Below are positions 19,326 to 29,165 of a DNA stretch of 64,000 bases, one piece after another. Made by a program: the position numbers and the translations under genes. The DNA is taken from IMG/VR virus record IMGVR_UViG_3300020185_000041, positions 4,876 to 68,875 of that record; one strand, 5' to 3'. Each line of letters begins with the position of its first letter. Within the stretch, counting starts at the first letter, position 1. The notes beneath the pieces are model-generated. The model had not been told where the DNA came from and did not search any database. It saw nothing but the letters and a program-made list of their open reading frames with translations. Source of the stretch: a virus.

Positions 19326-19838
19326 ATGCCCAGCATTTTAGAAGCCTTAGGAACCTCTTTAAGCGGAAAGCTCGGAGAAAAATTAAATCTTGCCGGTGGT
19401 ACTCTTACCGGTCCTTTAATTGTTCCCGAACCTACCGCTGCAAATCATGTAGCAACTAGTAGTCAAGTAACCACTCTTGAATCTGCTATTGGAAATTATG
19501 GAGACTTTGTAGCAAGTACTGCAGATGTTACCGTTTCAATCTTTGATACCGCAGAAAATATCCAAGCGCGGTCAGGCGATCCAAAAGGTACCGTTGCAGT
19601 AGCTAGCGATACAAGCGCAGTATATTATTATAAAGGCGTCTGGATATTATCCGACATTGCAAACATTCAAGCAGACAGCATTGCAGCCGCATTAACTCTT
19701 AATATTTCTGGTGATACAGAAAGTAACATCCGGTCGCGAAGTGGAGATGCAACCGGTACCGTGATGTACGGAACAGATTCCGACAAGCTATACATCTTCG
19801 ACGGATCCGAATGGCACGAATATCAACCCGAAGCATAA
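19326..19838 (+). CDS. Tail-fibre-related protein with two attachment modules
   Basis: KLNLAGGTLTGPL..PTAANHVAT fibre motif; two R-S-G-D-x-x-G-T...Y modules. Confidence 0.7.
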   Translation: MPSILEALGTSLSGKLGEKLNLAGGTLTGPLIVPEPTAANHVATSSQVTTLESAIGNYGDFVASTADVTVSIFDTAENIQARSGDPKGTVAVASDTSAVYYYKGVWILSDIANIQADSIAAALTLNISGDTESNIRSRSGDATGTVMYGTDSDKLYIFDGSEWHEYQPEA

Positions 19839-19847
19839 TACTTTAGA

Positions 19848-20750
19848 ATGAGCGACATTAATACATACGCAGACGAAGCCGCAATTGCCGGTCTTAGCCC
19901 AATCAACGGGGATCTCGTACTTAATCAGGCGGACAGTTCTTTATACCTCTGCACCAATGCAGACGCTACCGGGATATCTCGCTGGAAAAAATTTGCGAAT
20001 GATTCTGCCGAAGCACCTAGCTTCTCAAGTAGTGCATTAAAGTTCGACGGTATTGATGACATAGCTACTGTATCGGGTAGTAGCACAGATATAGGAGCTA
20101 TGTCCCTTTGGTTTAAACCTACCGACGAGATAACAACGAGTTCGAGTCAGGCAGTTTTAATGCACACACAAAACTCCGGAATTTTTTCGGTTCGTCTCAA
20201 TTTTTCTGGCAGTTTAATAACTTTTTATACCTCTAGTTCTTCCAATGCCGTACATTTTAACCCCACAACTTACAACAATAATATACCTACCGGTCAGGTA
20301 GCAGTACCGAATTCTTTTGCAGCAGGTACTTGGCAGCATTTTGTTTTAAACTACGACTCAACCGCGGGATACCAAATATATCTTAACGGTCAGAATGTTA
20401 CCACCGCTAGCAAGCCATCAGTCGCTAAGACTGCTAGCTCCTATTTCGGAATAACAAGACCTCCAGGATATCCGTGGCAAAATTTCTTTAAAGGTTCGAT
20501 AGATGATTTCGCTGTGTGGGATAGTGGTCTTACTTCATCTGAGATACAGAGCATATTTAATGGAACTCCTGGTACGGTTGAATCGGGTAAACCAAATGAT
20601 ATTAGCGGGTTGAGTATAACACAGCCCGATTACTACTATCTAATGGGTGATGCTTCGGGCGACACTGTAAGCGCTTGCGTAAACACTAAAGCAACATCTG
20701 CGGATCTTACTTTCGCTAACACACAATCTTTCGACTCCGAGGTCTTATAA
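19848..20750 (+). CDS. LamG/ConA-like lectin domain protein (receptor-binding candidate)
   Basis: LKFDGIDD, SLWFKP, WQHFVL, IYLNG, FKGSIDDFAVWD, LTSSEI. Confidence 0.85.
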   Translation: MSDINTYADEAAIAGLSPINGDLVLNQADSSLYLCTNADATGISRWKKFANDSAEAPSFSSSALKFDGIDDIATVSGSSTDIGAMSLWFKPTDEITTSSSQAVLMHTQNSGIFSVRLNFSGSLITFYTSSSSNAVHFNPTTYNNNIPTGQVAVPNSFAAGTWQHFVLNYDSTAGYQIYLNGQNVTTASKPSVAKTASSYFGITRPPGYPWQNFFKGSIDDFAVWDSGLTSSEIQSIFNGTPGTVESGKPNDISGLSITQPDYYYLMGDASGDTVSACVNTKATSADLTFANTQSFDSEVL

Positions 20751-20752
20751 AT

Positions 20753-20995
20753 ATGAATATTAAATACGTCATCGTAGACAGCAGTGATATAGGGAATATG
20801 GATTTTAATAGCCTGCTTCAAAAATCTGAACTCTCGCTAAGATATTCGTCAGACCAGTCTAAGTTTATCGTAAAGCATGTAGGTGAAACTCCTGATTTTT
20901 TAAGCGGGTACGAGAGCCTTAACTCCGCTCAAATTTTAAGTGTGGTTAAAACATCTGAGTGGTCACCTGTAAATCCCGAGGAGGAGAATATTTAA
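20753..20995 (+). CDS. Small protein following a LamG gene (possible chaperone)
   Basis: 80-aa ORF; LRYS.D.SKFIVK...TP.FL pattern. Confidence 0.65.
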   Translation: MNIKYVIVDSSDIGNMDFNSLLQKSELSLRYSSDQSKFIVKHVGETPDFLSGYESLNSAQILSVVKTSEWSPVNPEEENI

Positions 20996-20997
20996 TC

Positions 20998-22578
20998 ATG
21001 GCAACACTTCAAACAACTGAAACCCGTCCATCCGGCGATTCTCATGCCGACGGAAAAGCATATTTCGAAACAAACACCAATAAGATGCTTGTCTGGAATG
21101 CAACCGCAGGCGCATGGATCGAGCTCGATTCCGATGACACCGGCGCGGTCTACGAAAACCGTTGGGGCTCGAGCTTTGATGGAGGTGGTGACATACTCAA
21201 TTGCGGTAATATTAGTGCAATAAACTCTGCGTCTAATGTTACAATTTCATGCTGGATAAAAGCAGACTCGTTCCCTCACAGTACATTCAACTCTATATGG
21301 GGAGGAGGTCAAGCTGGTGGCCACGCATCGCGGTTTTGGTTAAATGCTAATTCTAGTCGCTTAAACATCTATAACGGAAGTACTCAAAACTTTTCGTTTT
21401 CTACGACTGTGTCTACAGGGACTTGGTATCATACCGCAGTTGTTATAAGTGGCTCAAGTAATTTAAGTGTTTATCTAAACGGCTCACAACTTGGTTCAAC
21501 AGTTACTACTTTTAATAGTTTAACATCACAGAGTGGTGATAACTTTCAGATAGCGGGAAATCCTACTTACGTTCCGTATTTTTGGGATGGCCTAATAGAT
21601 GAAGTAGCTGTGTGGGACTCCGCATTATCCTCCCAAGATATATCAAAAATTTACAATGGAACTGCTCCAAACGGAGTACCTGTGGATCTAACCAACTCAG
21701 CCTCATACGATACCGATCGCACATCCAATCTTAAAGGATACTGGAGAATGGGAGATGATTCAAATGATACAGCAACCTCAGGCGGATCCATCGCAACCAT
21801 AACCGATTCAAGCGGAAATGGAAATGATGCAACCCAGAGCGATGTTACTAAACAGCCTACATTCAAGGCGCTTGATTCATCGACTACATCGCTTAGCTTT
21901 GATGGCTCTGATGACTCTTTTGCATTTGCCGGTTCACAGGATATTCAGCTTGATCAAACCTATACCGCTTGCAGTTGGTTTAAAGTCAACAGTATCACTT
22001 CTACATCATCTCCAAGAGGGCTTATTACTTGGGGGTCGGCAAGTGCAGGTAGGGGTAGGGGACTTTACATAACGGGGTCAAAAGTCGGTTCTTTTGGTTA
22101 TCAAGCATTGTATAATTTAGACAGCATTTCTACTATTTCTACGGGTGTGTGGTACCACGTCGCAGCTACTTATGATGGCACCACATTAAAGTTGTATGTA
22201 AACGGAACGCTAGACAGCACAAGGACTCTTAATCTACCGAGTTTCACTTATACAATGACTCACATTGGAGAGTTATACTACAGTCAAAGCAATACCTACA
22301 GGCATTTTGACGGTTCTATGGATGAGCTTGCACTTTTTAATACTGCTCTATCCGCATCAGATGTCTCCTCTCTAGCAGCATCTCGCGGAGCTCATATCGT
22401 AAATGATTTAAGCTTAAGCCCTGTTGCATATTACCGCATGGGAGAAGATGACAGCTTAACCGATGGACAGACCGGAATATCTGAAATTACTGATGCATCC
22501 GGAAATGGAAATCCTGCAACTCAGAGCGATGTTACACGCCAGCCTACAGCTAGCGTTGAGCCTATAATCTACGTGTAA
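20998..22578 (+). CDS. Double LamG/ConA-like lectin domain protein
   Basis: Two LamG repeats (WYHTAV..YLNG..GLIDEVAVW; WYHVAATYDG..YVNG..GSMDELALF), each followed by Y(W/Y)RMG; start moved to ATG 20998. Confidence 0.87.
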   Translation: MATLQTTETRPSGDSHADGKAYFETNTNKMLVWNATAGAWIELDSDDTGAVYENRWGSSFDGGGDILNCGNISAINSASNVTISCWIKADSFPHSTFNSIWGGGQAGGHASRFWLNANSSRLNIYNGSTQNFSFSTTVSTGTWYHTAVVISGSSNLSVYLNGSQLGSTVTTFNSLTSQSGDNFQIAGNPTYVPYFWDGLIDEVAVWDSALSSQDISKIYNGTAPNGVPVDLTNSASYDTDRTSNLKGYWRMGDDSNDTATSGGSIATITDSSGNGNDATQSDVTKQPTFKALDSSTTSLSFDGSDDSFAFAGSQDIQLDQTYTACSWFKVNSITSTSSPRGLITWGSASAGRGRGLYITGSKVGSFGYQALYNLDSISTISTGVWYHVAATYDGTTLKLYVNGTLDSTRTLNLPSFTYTMTHIGELYYSQSNTYRHFDGSMDELALFNTALSASDVSSLAASRGAHIVNDLSLSPVAYYRMGEDDSLTDGQTGISEITDASGNGNPATQSDVTRQPTASVEPIIYV

Positions 22579-22599
22579 AATTTTTAAAAATTAAATATC

Positions 22600-22872
22600 A
22601 TGGCAACAAAATATAAATTGTTTAGCACTCCTGAGGAGTATCAGTCAAAGCGTTCAGAAATAGAAGCATTTCACAATCTTCCTGATGGAAAAGGTTCTGA
22701 AACCTATGGTGTAGATCAGCTAATGGTTGATAATCCAGAACATGCAGATTATGGATTATTTATTTTCCCGGTTTTAACCGAAGGAAAATGGAAATGTGAT
22801 GATCAATTCGAAGCTTCCGAGCTTGTTGATCACGATTCTTCCTGGGCGAAGCCTCAAGAAGAACCCGTATAA
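22600..22872 (+). CDS. Hypothetical protein following a LamG gene
   Basis: 90-aa ORF. Confidence 0.65.
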   Translation: MATKYKLFSTPEEYQSKRSEIEAFHNLPDGKGSETYGVDQLMVDNPEHADYGLFIFPVLTEGKWKCDDQFEASELVDHDSSWAKPQEEPV

Positions 22873-22875
22873 CTC

Positions 22876-23082
22876 TTAAGCGGGGGTTGTATTAACTACG
22901 ACCCAAGACCCTGAGCCTAAGTACATATACAGTTTATCCGTATCTGTTCCTAGAGCCATACATCCCACAGGATCTTCGCTCCTACTTTTAATTTGGGCCT
23001 CTGTATCGATTATTCGAACGAGGCCCTTTTTACTTTCGACCATAAGCCGAACTGCTGTCCCGATATTTGCTACTAAGCTCAT
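22876..23082 (-). CDS. Mini fibre-module protein on the opposite strand
   Basis: QIKSRSEDPVGCMALGTDTDKLYMY matches the modules in 19326..19838. Confidence 0.7.
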   Translation of the reverse strand: MSLVANIGTAVRLMVESKKGLVRIIDTEAQIKSRSEDPVGCMALGTDTDKLYMYLGSGSWVVVNTTPA

Positions 23083-23261
23083 TCGAAGGATACCCCCAGA
23101 CTATTTTCTACATCGTTTGCGAGGTATCGAATGACGCGAGAATTAACAAGTTTTCGTTCCCATCCATATTGTTTCGCCCATCGACGAACAGTACCGGAAG
23201 AGACATCCATCTTTTCCCTGATGATTCTTGGCGAAAGATATCGAATTTCTTTTGCGACCAT
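23079..23261 (-). CDS. Small winged-HTH (excisionase/AlpA-like) DNA-binding protein
   Basis: YLSPRIIREKMDVSSGTVRRWA...RVIRYLANDV pattern. Confidence 0.7.
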   Translation of the reverse strand: MVAKEIRYLSPRIIREKMDVSSGTVRRWAKQYGWERKLVNSRVIRYLANDVENSLGVSFE

Positions 23262-23429
23262 TTCCGATTAGTAACGATTATGAGCGCTTCTTGCGACCGG
23301 TTGGAAAACGGTAGCATCCGATTGAAAAAGCGCGCGGGTAGGCGGATTATAGGAGCACAAAGACTAGGGGGAGGAATACAAAACCCTTTTTTTAACTAAA
23401 CCAAAAATAACCCAGAATATATACATACT

Positions 23430-24551
23430 ATGTCAAACATTCTTTCACAAATCGGTGCATCCGTAAAAACCAAGGTCGACGGCGTTCAGTCAAACGTTGA
23501 AGCCGAAGCAACCGCTCGCGCGGCTGCAATCGCTGCAGAAGCAGCGGCTCGCGGAACAGCAAACACAACCTTACAAGCCAACATCGACGCAGAAGCTGCC
23601 TCAGCTCGCTCCGCAGAATCTGCTAATGCTACCGCAATTTCCTCCGAGGAATCCGCACGTATCGCAGCAGTAACTGGTGAAGCTAGCGCAAGAACCTCGG
23701 CGGATACTACTCTTCAAGGAAATATTGATGCAGAAGAAACCGCAAGAATTGCAGCTGACGCTACTCTTACTACCAATCTTGCATCTGAAATCACTGATCG
23801 CCAAACCGCAGTAACCGGTGAAGCTGCCGCACGTGCATCTGCTGATACCACCCTTCAAGGTAATGTTGATGCTGAAGAAACTGCTCGTATTGCAGCTGAC
23901 GCTACTCTTACTACCAATCTCACATCGGAAATCTCTGATCGTCAGACTGCAGTATCTAGTGAAGCAAGCACCCGTGCATCTGCTGATACCGCACTTCAAG
24001 GTGAAATTGACACCGAAGAAGCCGCTCGTATCGCTGCTGACGCAACTCTTACTACTAATCTCGCATCTGAAATCTCCGATCGTCAGACCGCAGTATCTGG
24101 TGAGGCTACTCTTCGTTCAAACGCTGACGCTGCATTAGACGCTGCAAAAGCTAACATTTCTGGCGCAAGCTTTACTGGACCGGTTAACGGAACTGATTTG
24201 GTACTTAGCGGTAATCTTACCGTGCAAGGTACTACCACCAGTCTCGAAACAACCAACTCCCAAGTTAAAGACTCGATCATGCTCTTAAATGACGGAGCTG
24301 CAGGCAGCGCTAACAACGGAAACGATGTTGGATTGATCATGGAGCGCGGAAGCTCTGAGGACAATGTTGCATTGGTATTCGACGAAGGTGAAGACAAATT
24401 CGTATGCTACAAAACTTCAGCTACCGCTGCTTCGACCGACATCTCTGGTGACGACTCAAGCGCTGAGCTTATGGACATCAAAGTTAACGATGTATTCATC
24501 GGATCTGACAACCTTGGTTCCTTGGCACAGTTTGTAGCCGCTCTCGGATAA
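23430..24551 (+). CDS. Coiled-coil (fibritin-like) fibre protein
   Basis: Repeated (E)ETARIAADATLTTNLASEI.DRQTAV.GEA.AR.SADTTLQGNID; then LSGNLTVQGTTT...D.GL..ERG. Confidence 0.8.
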   Translation: MSNILSQIGASVKTKVDGVQSNVEAEATARAAAIAAEAAARGTANTTLQANIDAEAASARSAESANATAISSEESARIAAVTGEASARTSADTTLQGNIDAEETARIAADATLTTNLASEITDRQTAVTGEAAARASADTTLQGNVDAEETARIAADATLTTNLTSEISDRQTAVSSEASTRASADTALQGEIDTEEAARIAADATLTTNLASEISDRQTAVSGEATLRSNADAALDAAKANISGASFTGPVNGTDLVLSGNLTVQGTTTSLETTNSQVKDSIMLLNDGAAGSANNGNDVGLIMERGSSEDNVALVFDEGEDKFVCYKTSATAASTDISGDDSSAELMDIKVNDVFIGSDNLGSLAQFVAALG

Positions 24552-24590
24552 AAATTCCTCCCTACACTACCAGACATTCATGACTTGAAC

Positions 24591-24623
24591 GGGGGTCGGA
24601 GGGCTATCTCTCCGGCCCCTTTT
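24591..24623 (+). terminator. Rho-independent terminator
   Basis: GGGGTCGGAGGG-ctat-CTCTCCGGCCCC followed by TTTT. Confidence 0.75.
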
Positions 24624-24628
24624 CATCT

Positions 24629-25066
24629 ATGCGATTATTTACAACAGTTCTAGTCCTCGTTGCGATCTATATAATCGCAGCCATGACTTCGTCGTGTAGC
24701 ATGAAGACCTTTGCACCAACCGCCCTGGGGGCTGTTGGTGGAGGAGTGGGCGCACTCGGAGGCCCGGGAACAGCATTTGCTGGAGCGGGTCTAGGAGCTG
24801 CCGCGGGGCAGATAATAAAAGAAAGTGATACCGTTCAATCTCAGGCTGAAAAGCTAAAAGCTTTAAGCGAGGGAGATGTATCAAAATTGGTAGAGCTTAA
24901 ACTCAAAGAAGAACGCGGATGGTTCGAGAAGATGATAAATGGGGTGTACGACATCCTAATGATCGCAGCCCTGGCGATGGTCCTATACGTGGTATTCAAT
25001 TTCTGGCACGGGCGGAAGCTCGTGCAAAACATAAAGAAAAGTACAAACAGTTTTTTCGACACATGA
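24629..25066 (+). CDS. Membrane (lipo)protein with glycine zipper (possible spanin/lysis function)
   Basis: N-terminal hydrophobic signal with Cys, GxxxG zipper, C-terminal TM helix. Confidence 0.6.
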   Translation: MRLFTTVLVLVAIYIIAAMTSSCSMKTFAPTALGAVGGGVGALGGPGTAFAGAGLGAAAGQIIKESDTVQSQAEKLKALSEGDVSKLVELKLKEERGWFEKMINGVYDILMIAALAMVLYVVFNFWHGRKLVQNIKKSTNSFFDT

Positions 25067-25230
25067 TAACAATGATTACGGACAACGCAGCAATACTAGG
25101 ATGGGCCGGCACAGTCGCCACGATTTCTATCGGTCAATGGAACGAGGCAATCGCTTGCATATGCGGTGTCGTTACTACGGTATACATGATTACCAAACTG
25201 ATTAATTTAATTCGAAACAAGAAAGACTGA
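25063..25230 (+). CDS. Holin-like small membrane protein
   Basis: 55 aa, hydrophobic segments, basic C-terminus, two in-frame Met (MITM). Confidence 0.5.
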   Translation: MITMITDNAAILGWAGTVATISIGQWNEAIACICGVVTTVYMITKLINLIRNKKD

Positions 25231-25233
25231 ATC

Positions 25234-25374
25234 ATGGCATTTAAACATTGCGAAGGTTGCCCAGAAAAAAAGAAAGCTCTGTGTGCAAAATTTAGAACCT
25301 GCTTATCTGAAAAAGGAAAAGGGAAAGCTAAGAAGGGCGAGAAAAAGCCTGTTAAAAAAGGTACCTACGGATAA
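25234..25374 (+). CDS. Small Cys/Lys-rich protein (46 aa, not in ORF track)
   Basis: MAFKHCEGCPEKKKALCAKFRTC... Confidence 0.55.
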   Translation: MAFKHCEGCPEKKKALCAKFRTCLSEKGKGKAKKGEKKPVKKGTYG

Positions 25375-25426
25375 GTCCCGTTTCCAACCGGTTACATATT
25401 TGTAGCCCAATGTATATCTTCGCGGT

Positions 25427-26497
25427 ATGGAAACATCTACCGCGGAGGTTCACTCCCCGCAAATTGAAGAGGAACAGTTCAGCATTGAGAATGCGTCAAC
25501 CGACGATATTCGTAATGCATTAGGAGTAACGCCGGAGACCAACGACCCGCAACCTGAGACCGTAGCCGAGGAGCAAATCCCGGAGACTGAGACCGTAGGC
25601 CAAGAGTCGCAAGTCGAAGAACTTCAGCCGGAAGCAGAGGCATTAGCCCCTGAGTCCGAGATTGGAGAAACCGAAGAGGAGAAGCTCGGGAAGAGACGAA
25701 TCCGTCCCCGTAACGAGTTAGATCAGCAAGTCATCGACCTTTACAGGTCTGAGGGCTTTGGAGGATCCTTCGCCGACGCATCCCGAATAATTTACGGACA
25801 AACTGCCGAACCTGTATCTCAATCTATTTCGCCCAATCAGGAGCAAGTCGAGGCGTCCGAGCCCGACCCAATCAGTGGCATCGATAAAGAATCTGACGAA
25901 ATTCGCGCATCCATTCTGGAGCTTGAAGGATCAGTCGAGAAAGCAGCAGAAGATCTAGAGACCACCGAAGCACTTAGGCTTCAGCGTGAGATCATGAAAA
26001 AAGAACTTCAACTGCAAAACTTGACTCTCCGTAAACAGCAAGTGGAGCAAGAAAGAGAGCAGCAAGTTTATCAATCCCATCGTTCTAAAGCGATGGATAG
26101 CCGCGACAGAGTCTACAATCGATTTCCTCAGCTGCAGGATAAACAATCCGTTTATCGTAAACAGTTTGATGATTTCGTATCGCAGGCTCAGTCCGACCCC
26201 GACTACGCCGCAGTCTTTGAATCACCACGATGGCCAGAACTCATAGCAAGCGAATTTGCTTCGATTAACCCGATGCAGCAGGCACCGCAGGCTCAGCCCG
26301 CTCCAGCTCCTCAGGTTCCTCAGCAAACCGCTCCGCAAATGGGTACACAGGCCAAAGTATTGACGACTGGGACTACGGCACAACCTGTAAACACTCCGGC
26401 TACCCCCGAAGGTTTACTCCAACAGCTTCCCAATATGAATACTAAAGATATTTATTCGCTATTAGGATCCGCTGGAGGAGCACAGCCAAGAAGGTAG
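25427..26497 (+). CDS. Capsid scaffolding protein
   Basis: Acidic N-terminus, coiled coil, Pro/Gln tail; immediately upstream of the MCP. Confidence 0.75.
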   Translation: METSTAEVHSPQIEEEQFSIENASTDDIRNALGVTPETNDPQPETVAEEQIPETETVGQESQVEELQPEAEALAPESEIGETEEEKLGKRRIRPRNELDQQVIDLYRSEGFGGSFADASRIIYGQTAEPVSQSISPNQEQVEASEPDPISGIDKESDEIRASILELEGSVEKAAEDLETTEALRLQREIMKKELQLQNLTLRKQQVEQEREQQVYQSHRSKAMDSRDRVYNRFPQLQDKQSVYRKQFDDFVSQAQSDPDYAAVFESPRWPELIASEFASINPMQQAPQAQPAPAPQVPQQTAPQMGTQAKVLTTGTTAQPVNTPATPEGLLQQLPNMNTKDIYSLLGSAGGAQPRR

Positions 26498-26536
26498 TTA
26501 GGAGTACTAAAACCTAATCTTAAATAAATAAATAAA

Positions 26537-28000
26537 ATGGCTGAAAAACAAATCCCAGCATCTCCAAATCCATTCGTTCAAACAAGCGATAACAATCTTG
26601 CGAATGTTGATTTGCTAACTAACACTACTTCCTATCAAGGTCTTCTTGATGGTCCTAATTCCGACTTGCGTTCACGCCTCTGGTCCGAGCTTGTAACTCG
26701 CGACGCGAGAGAGAAAAATGTATTCGCAAAGTTCATCGGCGGCGAAGGAAGCGGTAAACCAATCACTGAAAAACGCGATCTTAGCGCAGGCGGATCTGAC
26801 AAGATTACTTTCACAACTGTTGCTCCTATCCGTGGACAAGGTGTACGTGGTGAAGAAATCTTAAAGAATGCTACCGATACTCTTGATTTCGGAACATTCT
26901 CCGTTGAAATCGATCTCGTTCGTCACGCTGTTTCCTGGACCCAAGTCCTGAAACTTATGAGATTCACCGGTAAGACCATTGACCAGCTTTCAGCTGAAGT
27001 CATGTCCGAGTGGATGTCCCGTACCGAGCAAGACCAAATTCAATATGCATTGCGTCAAATCTGCACCGCTAAAGGATCTTCAAATATTCTTTCCGGATAC
27101 GGAACAGGAGCAGGCAAAGAGCTTAAATATGTTGACGGCTTAAGCACCGACATCATCCAAGAAGCTAAGCAAGCACTTATCGCCAATGGCGCTGAGCCAA
27201 TGAACACTGGTGGAGACGAAAACCAAGAAATTCCTGGTTACTTGTTCTTCGCACCAGACGCATGCTTACGCCCATTGCGCTCTGATCCCGACTACTTGGA
27301 AGCAATTACTCAAGCCGACAGCCGTGGGCCAGAGAACAAATTGTTTTCCGGAAGCTATGCTAAATGGGACAACAACATAATTGCTAACCATAATGTTCTT
27401 ATCGACACCGCTCGTGGACGCCAAGGTTCTCCATTACTCCCTACCTTCTACAACTTCGCACCTATCACTGACGTGACCGGTGGAATTGGTGGAACTGACG
27501 GAGACTACATGGCTAACTTCCGTGGTGTATCCATTAACATCCCTGGTGGCGGAGGAGAAACCTTCGCAGTAGATTCCGGAACTCATTATGTTCTAGGTAT
27601 CGACGCACAAAGCGGTGAGTACAAACTCTACAGCTATGAAGCATCTGCAGCTACTGTTAGCAGCACCGGTGCTTTGACCGAAGTAGGATTCGGAACCAAG
27701 ACTGGCGACGCATTCGCAGAAGGTTCCTTATTCGTTCAAGCTAATTCGATCGGAACTCCTATCGGATACGCACTTGCGATGGGTAAAGACGCTATGTACT
27801 TCGCTAAAGGCAAGATCTACGGTGAACAAATCTTCCATTACGACGACTTCGCCAACAGTGGAAACGAAGCTCATTTGAGCGCTGTTGGTGTTCAGTCCGT
27901 CTACGGTATGGCTGCTCGCAAGGACACACGTGGTCGCGTTCCTTCCGTACAACTCATCGAAGTTGTTCGTCAGGTTCCTGGCTTATCGCTGTCTCAATAG
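26537..28000 (+). CDS. Major capsid protein (N4-gp56/DUF4043-like)
   Basis: DLSAGGSDKITF...G.GVRGEE.L....TL.F....V.ID.VRHAV pattern; strong codon bias; followed by a terminator. Confidence 0.85.
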   Translation: MAEKQIPASPNPFVQTSDNNLANVDLLTNTTSYQGLLDGPNSDLRSRLWSELVTRDAREKNVFAKFIGGEGSGKPITEKRDLSAGGSDKITFTTVAPIRGQGVRGEEILKNATDTLDFGTFSVEIDLVRHAVSWTQVLKLMRFTGKTIDQLSAEVMSEWMSRTEQDQIQYALRQICTAKGSSNILSGYGTGAGKELKYVDGLSTDIIQEAKQALIANGAEPMNTGGDENQEIPGYLFFAPDACLRPLRSDPDYLEAITQADSRGPENKLFSGSYAKWDNNIIANHNVLIDTARGRQGSPLLPTFYNFAPITDVTGGIGGTDGDYMANFRGVSINIPGGGGETFAVDSGTHYVLGIDAQSGEYKLYSYEASAATVSSTGALTEVGFGTKTGDAFAEGSLFVQANSIGTPIGYALAMGKDAMYFAKGKIYGEQIFHYDDFANSGNEAHLSAVGVQSVYGMAARKDTRGRVPSVQLIEVVRQVPGLSLSQ

Positions 28001-28046
28001 TCAGTTCTATGCCGGCTAGGATTTCTACAATCCAACCCTAAAACTT

Positions 28047-28083
28047 GGCCCCCCGTCCTGAATATTGGGCGGGGGGCTTTTTA
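28047..28083 (+). terminator. Rho-independent terminator after the MCP
   Basis: GCCCCCCGTCC...GGGCGGGGGGC followed by a T run. Confidence 0.8.
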
Positions 28084-28099
28084 TATAACAAATAAAGTC

Positions 28100-28399
28100 A
28101 TGAAAATTATAATTATTGGTAAGAGAGATCAAATGGGCACGACGCCATCCATTCGCGTAAAAGGAATGAGCCAGGTGCGATACAATTTTATATGGGATAA
28201 GGAAATTAGACATTATGCCTATGAGCCTAAGAATCAAAAAGAGGTAGATGATATCTTTCGGACTCAGGGAAGACTTTATAAAACCATGTTCTTTTCCGTT
28301 TGGCTTGCTCCCGAGCCTGAGGCCGAGGCCAAAGACCCGAAGCCAAAGGCCAAAGGTCGCAAGAAGCAACCGGTAGAGAAAGAAATACAGCCTGCGTAA
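28100..28399 (+). CDS. Hypothetical protein
   Basis: 99-aa ORF after the MCP. Confidence 0.65.
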   Translation: MKIIIIGKRDQMGTTPSIRVKGMSQVRYNFIWDKEIRHYAYEPKNQKEVDDIFRTQGRLYKTMFFSVWLAPEPEAEAKDPKPKAKGRKKQPVEKEIQPA

Positions 28400-28408
28400 T
28401 ATGTTACA

Positions 28409-29161
28409 ATGGCCGCCATTACATATTTAGATCTAAAAGATCAGCTTGCGTCCATGCTGGGTGCGAGCGAAGTTTCTGATCTTCCACCTATTGACCAGAA
28501 GCGTGTTGGTATGTGCGTAAACCAAGCATACCGCGAATGCTATCTTCCAATTGATGGGAAGCGTCCAATGTGGGCACAGAAACGATTCGAAGTATCATTT
28601 CCAGAAGGTATTCCTGGGGTACAACTATCATCAAATATTGTATCTGTTGATAAGATTCCTGAGCTCTTAGGAGAGGGACCGCTCTCTCCAATGAAAGGAC
28701 CGGAGGATGAGATCCGTGCGCGTGCAATATTTAGTTGGGACTTTCGAGCACCAAGCGGGAGAGGTTTAAACTTTCCACAATTTAAAGATAATGAACCCGA
28801 GGTCGGTCGTCCAATCTGGTACTATTTAGATAGCCGAAATCAGGGAGAGGATGGAAAAGTAATCCCTCGATTATATCTCTATCCAATTCCTGATAAAGCA
28901 TATGAGGTTGAATTCTTTGCTAATGTTCTACCTTCCGAGCTTGAACTAGATACCGATGAACCACGCATGCCATCTGATACTGTATGGGATATACTATTTC
29001 CTATCGCACAGGCTAAGATGCTCGCGGATCCAAGGTACAATGGAGATAACCGGGAAGTCTTAATGCGAATAGGGGAGGAAGCTAGGAAAAGACTTAGGAC
29101 TTTGGTCTCACCTCAAAAGCATAAAGGTTCTCTTCGTTTAACCAAGCGTCCGGGCTGGTAA
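28409..29161 (+). CDS. Head-tail adaptor protein
   Basis: TYLDLKDQLA..L...VNQAY...; GRP.WY..; LYLYPIPD; D.DEP.MP pattern of podovirus adaptors. Confidence 0.75.
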   Translation: MAAITYLDLKDQLASMLGASEVSDLPPIDQKRVGMCVNQAYRECYLPIDGKRPMWAQKRFEVSFPEGIPGVQLSSNIVSVDKIPELLGEGPLSPMKGPEDEIRARAIFSWDFRAPSGRGLNFPQFKDNEPEVGRPIWYYLDSRNQGEDGKVIPRLYLYPIPDKAYEVEFFANVLPSELELDTDEPRMPSDTVWDILFPIAQAKMLADPRYNGDNREVLMRIGEEARKRLRTLVSPQKHKGSLRLTKRPGW

Positions 29162-29165
29162 GTAT

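Noticed and set aside
24629-25374. Complete lysis cassette
   Set aside because: Membrane proteins are present but no endolysin motif was recognisable, so holin/spanin calls stay tentative
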